A stretch of DNA of 32,000 nucleotides, taken from positions 30,517 through 62,516 of the forward strand of contig DXJG01000002.1 in NCBI GenBank assembly GCA_019056805.1. Reading direction: 5' to 3'. This stretch comes from Candidatus Baldrarchaeota archaeon. Lineage in GTDB: Archaea > Asgardarchaeota > Baldrarchaeia > Baldrarchaeales > DXJG01. Below the pieces are notes generated by a model. It saw nothing but the letters and a program-made list of their open reading frames with translations, was not told the origin of the DNA and searched no databases. Each line of letters starts with the position of its first letter. Position 1 is the first letter of the stretch. The position numbers and the translations under genes are program-made. This document shows positions 18,118 through 26,328 of this stretch, piece after piece.

Positions 18118-19086
18118 CTATCCCCCCTGCATTTGAGCACCCGCAAGAGCAAAGTGAGCAAGTAATGCACTTAACTGAATATCTTCGTGAGCTCCCTCAC
18201 TAAGTCTAAAATCGATTTCTCCAGTATACTCTGCCAGTCTAACTTTCCATTCCTCGGAAATATCTAAGTTATAGATTTCTCGATGAATTTGTCGCACAAT
18301 ATCACTACCAGAAAGACCATAAGTAATAAGAAGCTCATATAACTTCTTTCTAGCCTCTATAAATCTACCCGAGAGAGCCAATTTAATCATTTCTCTAACT
18401 TCTTCAGGTCTGGCTCTTCCAGTAACCTTGTAAACAGTGTCCGAATCAACTGTTGTACCTAGAGCGGCTGCCGCCTGCAAAGTATTAATTGCTCTTCTCA
18501 TATCCCCTTCTGAAACGTAAAGAATAGCTTGGACACCATCCTCAGTTAGATTTACATTCTCCTGTTCGGCAATCCATTTTAATCGCTTAGCAACATCCTC
18601 TTCTTTTAAGGGCGCAAAACGGAAAACAGCGCACCTACTTTGAATCGGCTCAATAATTTTTGAAGAATAATTACATATTAAGCAAAATCTCGCGGTACGT
18701 GTATATTTTTCCATAGTTCTTCTTAAAGCTTGCTGTGCATCGGCAGTCATATTATCTGCTTCGTCTAAAGCTATAATTTTTACAGGCACATCTCCTATGG
18801 CTCTAGTACGGGCAAAATCTTTAACTCGAGTTCTAATAATATCTATACCCCTTTCATCACTAGCATTAAGTTCAAGAAAGTTTTCTTCAAAATACTTACC
18901 AAAAAGATCGCGAGCAAATGCTAATATCGCAGTAGTTTTTCCAGTTCCAGGCGGACCTGCAAATAGTAAATGCGGAAAGTCTCTAGTTTTTACAAAATGT
19001 TTTAAACGTGACACGATTTCTTCTTGATTAACTATATCATCCAAGGTTCTAGGTCTATATTTTTCTGTCCACATCATTTCAGACAT
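18118..19086 (-). CDS. rfcS: Replication factor C small subunit, no intein
   Basis: [34 protein letters not shown] motif, GDMRRAIN. Confidence 0.97.
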   Translation of the reverse strand: MSEMMWTEKYRPRTLDDIVNQEEIVSRLKHFVKTRDFPHLLFAGPPGTGKTTAILAFARDLFGKYFEENFLELNASDERGIDIIRTRVKDFARTRAIGDVPVKIIALDEADNMTADAQQALRRTMEKYTRTARFCLICNYSSKIIEPIQSRCAVFRFAPLKEEDVAKRLKWIAEQENVNLTEDGVQAILYVSEGDMRRAINTLQAAAALGTTVDSDTVYKVTGRARPEEVREMIKLALSGRFIEARKKLYELLITYGLSGSDIVRQIHREIYNLDISEEWKVRLAEYTGEIDFRLSEGAHEDIQLSALLAHFALAGAQMQGG

Positions 19087-19369
19087 TCAAACACCACCCT
19101 CCGGCCATCATAAAATCCAATCACCCGTCTTCGTATATACTTTCCTAACACAACTTAAATAACTCTCGGTATATACCATTCTAAGATATTACAAATACAC
19201 TAAATTTAAAATCAACTAATTTCACGGGGTATTTCTTAGGGTCTTAGTCAACTGGGCAATTTAATTACTTTCCTCAATAGGGATACAATTTTTTAATTTA
19301 AAGTTGTGAAGAAAATAAGTTTAGATAGGTCTATATAAGCAAAAGAATGATAAACATTTTCTAGTAGTG

Positions 19370-20044
19370 CTATTTGATACCTGTAATTCTTATTCCCGCG
19401 TTCTTAACACCATATATCATATTAATGTTAATTAGAAATGCTGTTAATTCTTCAACTATGTGGGCATTGTCCAGAGACCCTCCGTCTATTGCCCTTATTC
19501 CAGGTATTATTTCTGCCAGTTCCATAACCTTTTTCTTTGCTTCTTCATCATCACCACATACGATAACGTCACAATCAACCTCTTCTTCCAGATTTTGCAT
19601 CGCATCGGCTGGAACATTTTTAAATGCAGCGATAACTTTAACTCCCTTGGGTACTAATTGCTCGGTTAACTTTGCTGCAGAGCCAGACCAAACTCCAAGA
19701 GTTTTGGTAGGCGGACCATCTATTGCCGTCGCAAGCGGCACAATAACATCTATAAGAATAGTTCCAGGTCTCAGGGTTTTCTTAATGCTTTTTAATATAC
19801 CAATTTGCGCGAAAAATGGAACAGATAAGACTACTATATCGGCGACAGCCGCAGCTTCATGATTAACTTTTCCATCTACTTTTGCTTCTTTTCCCAATAT
19901 TTCTCTTATCTTTTCAGCAGCCTTTTTAGCTTTTTCTTCTCTTCTACTACCAATAATAATGTGCTTTCCAGCTTTTGCCCATCGTAATGCTAACCCAAAA
20001 CCTAAATCTCCTGTTCCTCCGATCACAGCTATCGTTTCCGTCAC
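19370..20044 (-). CDS. npdG: F420H2:NADP+ oxidoreductase (Fno/NpdG family)
   Basis: IAVIGGTGDLGFGLALRWA Rossmann motif, IIGSR, VLSVPF, AFKNVPA, IDGGSL pattern typical of the family. Confidence 0.82.
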   Translation of the reverse strand: MTETIAVIGGTGDLGFGLALRWAKAGKHIIIGSRREEKAKKAAEKIREILGKEAKVDGKVNHEAAAVADIVVLSVPFFAQIGILKSIKKTLRPGTILIDVIVPLATAIDGPPTKTLGVWSGSAAKLTEQLVPKGVKVIAAFKNVPADAMQNLEEEVDCDVIVCGDDEEAKKKVMELAEIIPGIRAIDGGSLDNAHIVEELTAFLININMIYGVKNAGIRITGIK

Positions 20045-20318
20045 GTAAAAACCCCCTAAATCAAAATTACGTTGACAGTTTTGAATGAAATTTTAAATTT
20101 TTCTCTAACAAATATCGAAACTTCTAATCTATAAACTTCACGTACAACTAAGAAACGCGATAATAAAAGAAAATTCGAGAAACAAAGTATTTTAAATTAA
20201 ATCATCTAAAAGGAATGAGGCAAAATAGATGTCATATATTAATAGTTTGCAGAAGCAAGAGTGACGGATTCCGATAATTTATCGACAATTAATTGAGATA
20301 AGTAATAAATATATAATC

Positions 20319-21404
20319 TTGCCTAAATTTCTATTCAAATTTCAGGTGCCAAAAATGGACGAGTATGCATTATTGCCGAAAAAAAACTTTGATGAATTAG
20401 TAAAGCGATTCACAAATAGTTTTCAGATATATGGACCCACGGAAAAAGACGGAAAGTTTTCTTTTGATATTATATCGGACCCGTCAGAGCTTAGATTAGA
20501 TATAAGTGGGGTACCAATACTTCCACCTAAAAAAATACTTTTCCCCCCAGAAGAAGTTCTTTTCACGTATGAAATTATCAGTAACGATAATGTTAAAATT
20601 AATGATCCTCTAGATGAGATAAAAAAGAAAAAACAAGTCTTTATTGGAATTAGACCTTGCGATGTCCAAGGTCTAATTTTGCTAGATAAGGTACTTATGG
20701 ATAAAACACCGGATCCTTATTACGTAACTCGCAGAGAAAATACGATAATAATCTGTATAACTTGCGATAATCCAGCTGAGTATTGTTTTTGCAATTTTAC
20801 TCGAAGTGGACCGTTAATCAAAAAAGGATTTGACTTACTACTTACTGATATCGAATATGCTTATTTTGTTGAAATTGGTAGTAAAACAGGAGAAAACATT
20901 GTAAACTCCAATTTAGACTTGTTTCAAAAAGCATCAAAGGAGGATCTTACTAAAAGAAATCGAAAAATACACGAAATCGAGGAAAAAATGTCAAAAATTC
21001 GATCAGCAAACCTTGATGAGTTATATCAGAAAATTACAAGCATTTTTGATAGTAGCTTATGGGACGAATATGGAAAGAGATGCCTTGCTTGTGGAAAATG
21101 TAATTTTACATGCCCTACATGTCGCTGTTTTGACGTGTATGATGAGTTAGATTTAACGCTTAAAAAGGGTAAAAGAACAAGAAAATGGGATTCGTGTCAT
21201 TTTCTTAGTTTCACTCAAGTTGCTGGAGGAGAAATTTTCAGAAAAGAGAGAACATCCAGGGTTAAACAAAGAATATACGATAAATATTGTTATCCCGTAG
21301 ACGAGTTTGGAAGTATTTTCTGCGTAGGTTGTGGTCGTTGCATACAAGTTTGCCCCGCTGAGATTGACGTAAGGGAAATTCTTAAAAAAATCATAGGGAT
21401 GTAA
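20319..21404 (+). CDS. hydB: Group 3b [NiFe]-hydrogenase (sulfhydrogenase) beta, Fe-S subunit
   Basis: GIRPCD, CLACGKCNFTCPTCRC and CVGCGRCIQVCP clusters; start TTG 20319 or ATG 20355. Confidence 0.88.
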   Translation: MPKFLFKFQVPKMDEYALLPKKNFDELVKRFTNSFQIYGPTEKDGKFSFDIISDPSELRLDISGVPILPPKKILFPPEEVLFTYEIISNDNVKINDPLDEIKKKKQVFIGIRPCDVQGLILLDKVLMDKTPDPYYVTRRENTIIICITCDNPAEYCFCNFTRSGPLIKKGFDLLLTDIEYAYFVEIGSKTGENIVNSNLDLFQKASKEDLTKRNRKIHEIEEKMSKIRSANLDELYQKITSIFDSSLWDEYGKRCLACGKCNFTCPTCRCFDVYDELDLTLKKGKRTRKWDSCHFLSFTQVAGGEIFRKERTSRVKQRIYDKYCYPVDEFGSIFCVGCGRCIQVCPAEIDVREILKKIIGM

Positions 21405-21405
21405 A

Positions 21406-22230
21406 ATGGAAAACTTGTATATCCCAAACATAGCGATAATAATAGAAACTAGAAAAGAAACTCCGGACATAAAAACATTTAGACTGAGCTTCAAAGATAG
21501 GGAGTTTCAAAGAAAGTTTATTTTTAAACCAGGTCAGTTCATCGAGCTATCTGTCTTTGGGTATGGTGAAGCGCCTTTCTCGATTTCTTCTTCACCAAAC
21601 CAACATGATTACTTTGAATTAACCATAAAAAGAGTCGGAAACGTTACAAGTGCGCTTTTCAAGTTAAATAATGGAAGCGCAGTTGGAGTACGAGGACCTT
21701 TCGGAAACGGTTTTCCAATACAAGAACTTGAAAACAAAAATATACTATTCATCGGTGGTGGAATAGGTTTAGCACCGTTAAGGTCACTCATAAATTTTGT
21801 TCTTTCAGGCCGTGAGAAATACGGAGACTTAACGTTAATGTATGGAGCGAGAACTCCAAAAGATATAGTATTCAAAGAAGAAATAGAAACATGGAGAAAA
21901 CATATAGACGTTCATCTAACCGTTGATGTGGGCGACGAAACATGGAAAGGAACAGTAGGAGTTGTAACAGTATTATTTAAAGAAGTAGATGTCGATCCAA
22001 AGGATACTATTGCCGTAATGTGCGGTCCGCCTATAATGATGCACTTTGTAACAAAAGAACTCTTAAAATTAGGGTTCCCGGAAAATCAAATAATTCTGTC
22101 TCTTGAACGATTAATGAAATGTGGCATAGGAATATGCGGCCACTGCAACATAGGAAGGAAATACGTGTGTAAACACGGCCCTGTTTTCACCTATAAAGAA
22201 ACTAAAGATTTCTTAGAGTCGGCTATATAG
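21406..22230 (+). CDS. hydG: Group 3b hydrogenase gamma, FAD/NAD(P)-binding subunit
   Basis: PGQF, APFSISS, RGPFGNGF, GGGIGLAPL, MCGPP, MKCGIGICGHC. Confidence 0.92.
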   Translation: MENLYIPNIAIIIETRKETPDIKTFRLSFKDREFQRKFIFKPGQFIELSVFGYGEAPFSISSSPNQHDYFELTIKRVGNVTSALFKLNNGSAVGVRGPFGNGFPIQELENKNILFIGGGIGLAPLRSLINFVLSGREKYGDLTLMYGARTPKDIVFKEEIETWRKHIDVHLTVDVGDETWKGTVGVVTVLFKEVDVDPKDTIAVMCGPPIMMHFVTKELLKLGFPENQIILSLERLMKCGIGICGHCNIGRKYVCKHGPVFTYKETKDFLESAI

Positions 22231-22241
22231 AGGGAGCTAAC

Positions 22242-22970
22242 ATGATTAATAAAAAACCTAAAGTAGGAATATTTAGCTTAGCTTCATGTGAGGGATGCAT
22301 TGTACAAGTACTTAACTTAGAAGATCAAATACTGGACTTGTTAAATAAAGTTGATATTGTAAGCTTCAGAGTGTTGGAAAAGGAGAAGGAAGAAGGACCT
22401 TTCGACATAATATTTGTTGAAGGCTGTGTAACAAGTCAAAAAGACATTGAAAAAATAAGGAAGCTGAGAGAAAAATCAAAAATTTTAGTAGCACTTGGCG
22501 AATGCGCATGCACAGGTGGAAAATTTATAGTAAAGGATTTTCAAGATAACTATAATCCATTACAATTAAAAGAAGTTCTAATTAATGCCCAATCAATTGA
22601 TCATTACGTAACTGTTGATTATTATTTATACGGTTGCCCAATTGATAAAAATGAGTTCCTGGAACTTTTTAAAGCGCTCTTAATCGAGAAAATGATACAA
22701 CCTAAGTCCTATAACGTTTGTGCGGAATGTATATTACATGAGAATGCTTGTCTCATTGAAGCAGGATTACCTTGTGTAGGACCTATTACGAGGGGAGGAT
22801 GTAACGCGATTTGCCCATCCGTTGGCAAAGAATGTATAGGTTGCCGTGGACTTGCTGAAGACGCAAACATAGAATCACTTATCGAAATTTTTCAAAAACA
22901 CCAAATAGAAGTTCCAAGTTTCCTTAAACACCTCCAAAAAGCACAAAAAACGGAGATAAAGAGGAGGTAA
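22242..22970 (+). CDS. hydD: Group 3b hydrogenase delta, small subunit
   Basis: SCEGC, VEG, GECACTGG, YGCP, VCAEC, CVGPITRGGC..ICP...CIGCRG. Confidence 0.9.
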   Translation: MINKKPKVGIFSLASCEGCIVQVLNLEDQILDLLNKVDIVSFRVLEKEKEEGPFDIIFVEGCVTSQKDIEKIRKLREKSKILVALGECACTGGKFIVKDFQDNYNPLQLKEVLINAQSIDHYVTVDYYLYGCPIDKNEFLELFKALLIEKMIQPKSYNVCAECILHENACLIEAGLPCVGPITRGGCNAICPSVGKECIGCRGLAEDANIESLIEIFQKHQIEVPSFLKHLQKAQKTEIKRR

Positions 22971-22975
22971 GCAAT

Positions 22976-24268
22976 TTGAGCAGCAACCTAATAACGATTA
23001 AAGATATTCCAAAAATTGAAGGACATCTAACTGTGAACATAGAACTCGAAAATAATATCATTAGAGAGCTAAGAGTAGAAGCTACGGAAGGTATCCGTAT
23101 ACTTGAAGAAATACTAAAGGGGAAAAATTTCAGAGAAATACCGGACATAACAAGTAGAATGTGTGGGGTATGTCCCGTTATACATAAAGTTACATCAACT
23201 AAAGCCATGGAAAAAGCATTAGAAATAGAATTGCCCGAGAGACTTGAATATTTACGAAAAATATTAGTAATTGGGGGACATTTACAAAGCCATATACTTC
23301 ACCTTTTCTTCTTCGTCCTTCCAGATCTTCTGGGATATGAAAGTGTACTTTCGATGCTTCCAAAACACATGAATGATGTAAAAAGAGCATTAAAAATGAA
23401 AAAATTAGCAAATATTATAAGTGAAAGCATAGGTGGGCGAGCAGTTCACCCAATTACTCCCGTAATAGGCGGTTTCTCAACGCTGCCAACAAAACAAAAA
23501 CTAGAAAGTTTGCTTAAAATAACAAAAGAATTTAAAAAAGAAGCTCTAGAAGGCGTAAATTTATTACTCTCACTTAAAGCACCGACCTTTGAGAGAAAAA
23601 CCAATTATGTAGCAATAAACAGAGAAAGAGAGATACCCTTACTCGAGGGAAACATCTCTCTACTTAACGGTCCGAGTTTTTCGCCCGAAATGTACCAAAA
23701 TTTCATAAGAGGTATAAAAGTACCATACTCAACAGCCAAACACTACGTACTTAAAAGTGATAATAATAGCTACATGGTTGGGGCATTGGCCAGACTCAAT
23801 ATAGGCTACAAATATCTCTCTGACACTGCTAAGGAGTTTTCGAAAACCTATGGGCTAAAATTTCCCAGTTATTCACCTTTTATGAACAACATAGCCCAAG
23901 CATTAGAAATATTACACTTTACCGATGAAGTAATCACTCTCATAGAAGATTTACTTGAAAAGCCTCCTTCAAAAAGTAAAGTTAACTTCAAAATTAAGGA
24001 AGGGGAAGGAGTGGCTGCAACAGAGGCACCTAGAGGATTATTAATTCACCATTACAAAATAAACAATCATGGAAGAGTTGAATCAGCCAATATAATTACT
24101 CCGACAGCCCAAAACCTTAGAAATTTACAAGAGGACTTAAAAATATACGTATCTCAAATATTGAATCTTCCAAAAGACAAAATAACACTGGAAGTTGAAA
24201 AACTTGTTCGTGCTTACGATCCATGCGTCTCATGTGCGGCACGATTTTTAAAGGTAGAATTCGCATGA
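22976..24268 (+). CDS. hydA: Group 3b [NiFe]-hydrogenase alpha, catalytic large subunit
   Basis: KIEGH, L1 RMCGVCPVIH, EAPRG, L2 RAYDPCVSCAAR plus a 7-aa extension. Confidence 0.92.
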   Translation: MSSNLITIKDIPKIEGHLTVNIELENNIIRELRVEATEGIRILEEILKGKNFREIPDITSRMCGVCPVIHKVTSTKAMEKALEIELPERLEYLRKILVIGGHLQSHILHLFFFVLPDLLGYESVLSMLPKHMNDVKRALKMKKLANIISESIGGRAVHPITPVIGGFSTLPTKQKLESLLKITKEFKKEALEGVNLLLSLKAPTFERKTNYVAINREREIPLLEGNISLLNGPSFSPEMYQNFIRGIKVPYSTAKHYVLKSDNNSYMVGALARLNIGYKYLSDTAKEFSKTYGLKFPSYSPFMNNIAQALEILHFTDEVITLIEDLLEKPPSKSKVNFKIKEGEGVAATEAPRGLLIHHYKINNHGRVESANIITPTAQNLRNLQEDLKIYVSQILNLPKDKITLEVEKLVRAYDPCVSCAARFLKVEFA

Positions 24269-24276
24269 TTTAACAT

Positions 24277-25686
24277 CTAAAATAATAAAATCAATGTTTC
24301 AAGCAAATTTAAAACTTGTTTACCTTTTTCTGTTAATTGATAGTATTTTCTTCTTCCTTTCCATACGCTCTTTATAAGATTTTTATCTTCCAATTCATTT
24401 AGGTGCTGATAAACAGCCTGAATAGTTATATCTTTTCCCAAGGCCTTCCATATTTCATATCCATACGATACTCCTATGTCAAGAAGTTTTAAGACTTGAA
24501 GCTTCACACTTACATTTTTTCTGAAACCAATTCTCTTACCTCTACGGATAATTGCCTCTAATACATATGGAGCCTTTAATCCACTAGCTGTTATTAAACA
24601 AACAACCCTTTCATCGTTACCGAGAGTTCCTTCATTTAACAATTTTGAAAGAGCAGCAATGGTAGAGGCACTTGCTGGCTCAGCAAATAATCCTTCAGTT
24701 CTAGCAAGAAGCTTTTCCGCTGACATAATTTCTTCATCGGAAACTGCTACAGCTAAACCATTTGATTCTCTAATAGCTTTCAAAGCAAGGAAGCTATTAG
24801 CAGGATTTCTAACTAATATAGCTAATGCTTGCGTACTAGCTTCTTTCTCATAATATTTGTCGTTTTTTTCATTGAAAAAGGCTTTAACTATTGGAGAACA
24901 TCCTTCCGCCTGAACACCAATCATGCGAGGCAACTCTTTTACGATGCCCAATTTCTTTAATTCAGTAAACCCTTTCCAAATAGAATAAATTGTTCCTCCA
25001 CTCCCCATCGGGACTAAGACCCAGTCAGGGACGTCTATTTCTTCAACTATTTCAAAAGATATAGTTTTTTGTCCCTCAAGAGTTAAAGAGTTATGTTCCG
25101 CAGTTGCATTATAAATTTTCCCTTCTCTAAGAATTTTTTCGATAAAAATTAAAGAATCATCTAATGTTTCACCCTTTTCAATTACTTTCGCATTGTAAAT
25201 GAACATTTGGGCGAGTTTTCCAATATGAGTGGCCTTAGGTACAATAATTGTTGCATAAATATGTGCTTTTGCACAGTAAGCAGCAATTGATGCACCAAGA
25301 TTACCATTAGATGCACAAACTATTTTATTATAACCGTAATCTAGAGCTTGAGAAACCATTAAAGCAGCAGCTCTGTCCCTAAAAGAATTTGTAGGGTTTA
25401 ACGTTTCATCTTTAAGAAACAAAAATTTCATTCCTACTTTCTTTGCTAAGTCCTCTGCAACTTTAAGCGGGGTTTTCCCTTCCCCTAAAGTTACTCTTTT
25501 TTGTATTTTAGGAAAAACCTTTTCATATCTCCAAATTCCACGATCTTTAAGATTTTTAAAATTGAAATCAATTTTTTCATATTCGTAAATGTATTCTAAT
25601 AACATACCACATTCTCTACATAGATAATTAACTCCTATTGGATCAAAGACACGTCCACAACTCGGACATTTCAAAGTATACATCAT
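24277..25686 (-). CDS. Threonine-synthase-like fold-type II PLP protein with N-terminal Zn ribbon, Lys-to-Arg at the PLP site and C-terminal PadR wHTH
   Basis: CPSC..CREC; LGEGKTP; NPTNSFRDR; ASNGN; EGQKT; EPASA; C-terminal YGYEIW...VYQHLNELE..NLI..RRKYYQLTEKG. ATG 25686 (GTGGAG RBS) is preferred over the ORF-track start 25761. Confidence 0.88.
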   Translation of the reverse strand: MMYTLKCPSCGRVFDPIGVNYLCRECGMLLEYIYEYEKIDFNFKNLKDRGIWRYEKVFPKIQKRVTLGEGKTPLKVAEDLAKKVGMKFLFLKDETLNPTNSFRDRAAALMVSQALDYGYNKIVCASNGNLGASIAAYCAKAHIYATIIVPKATHIGKLAQMFIYNAKVIEKGETLDDSLIFIEKILREGKIYNATAEHNSLTLEGQKTISFEIVEEIDVPDWVLVPMGSGGTIYSIWKGFTELKKLGIVKELPRMIGVQAEGCSPIVKAFFNEKNDKYYEKEASTQALAILVRNPANSFLALKAIRESNGLAVAVSDEEIMSAEKLLARTEGLFAEPASASTIAALSKLLNEGTLGNDERVVCLITASGLKAPYVLEAIIRRGKRIGFRKNVSVKLQVLKLLDIGVSYGYEIWKALGKDITIQAVYQHLNELEDKNLIKSVWKGRRKYYQLTEKGKQVLNLLETLILLF

Positions 25687-25776
25687 AAATGCTTCAACTC
25701 CACGAAAACTATTAATTGAAATAATCCCACATTTTTTAAGTCTATTTGTTATAGGATTCATTTAGGTGAACATTTA

Positions 25777-26328
25777 ATGTCGATCTTTCCCGACAATGAA
25801 GACGCCGAGTTAAAAAGACTTTCCTTCAAATTCAAGAATATTAATGTAAAAGTTCGAATACTCGAAGACATACCACAACTATTTTTAGAAGGGAAGAGTA
25901 TAGGGCCCCTGAAAAAAGATGATATCTTAGAACTAAGGCTTTGGCAAGCTATACCGCTAATAGAAGAAGGAAAAGCTAAACTAGAAGAGTTTCCAATTAA
26001 AGTATCATATACTGATATTCATAAATTTGTATGGAAGGAGACGCAGACACCTGAAATTCAAGAATTAAAAAATATTTCATATATAGGGCTTAAACAACGG
26101 GAAAAGTTAATGAAAATGTCAAGTAATGACATCGAGAAGTTTAAAACAGCGTTAAGAGATCTTATCACTGTAAGAACGAGAAAAATCATTAAATTATCTA
26201 TGCAAGATTCAGAATTAATATCGTCTCTTAAACCATTATTACCAGAAGAAAAATTACTTTACGAAAATCTCTCAAAAATATTATCTATTTGGAAACGAAG
26301 GATGTTAGAAGGAGAAGAATATGACTAG
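25777..26328 (+). CDS. gins23: GINS complex subunit Gins23 (B-A domain order)
   Basis: N-terminal beta-rich B domain (VKVRILEDIP...GPLKKDDILELRLWQA), helical C-terminal A domain (R.RKII..S; LLPEE); overlaps the mcm start. Confidence 0.8.
   Translation: MSIFPDNEDAELKRLSFKFKNINVKVRILEDIPQLFLEGKSIGPLKKDDILELRLWQAIPLIEEGKAKLEEFPIKVSYTDIHKFVWKETQTPEIQELKNISYIGLKQREKLMKMSSNDIEKFKTALRDLITVRTRKIIKLSMQDSELISSLKPLLPEEKLLYENLSKILSIWKRRMLEGEEYD

Noticed and set aside
278-25000. Numerous 60-170 aa antisense or overlapping ORFs in the track (e.g. 278-466, 1556-1912, 2994-3272, 4300-4542, 12049-12573, 19374-19862, 21153-21494)
   Set aside because: They lie opposite or within well-supported genes, have no motifs and are typical shadow ORFs.
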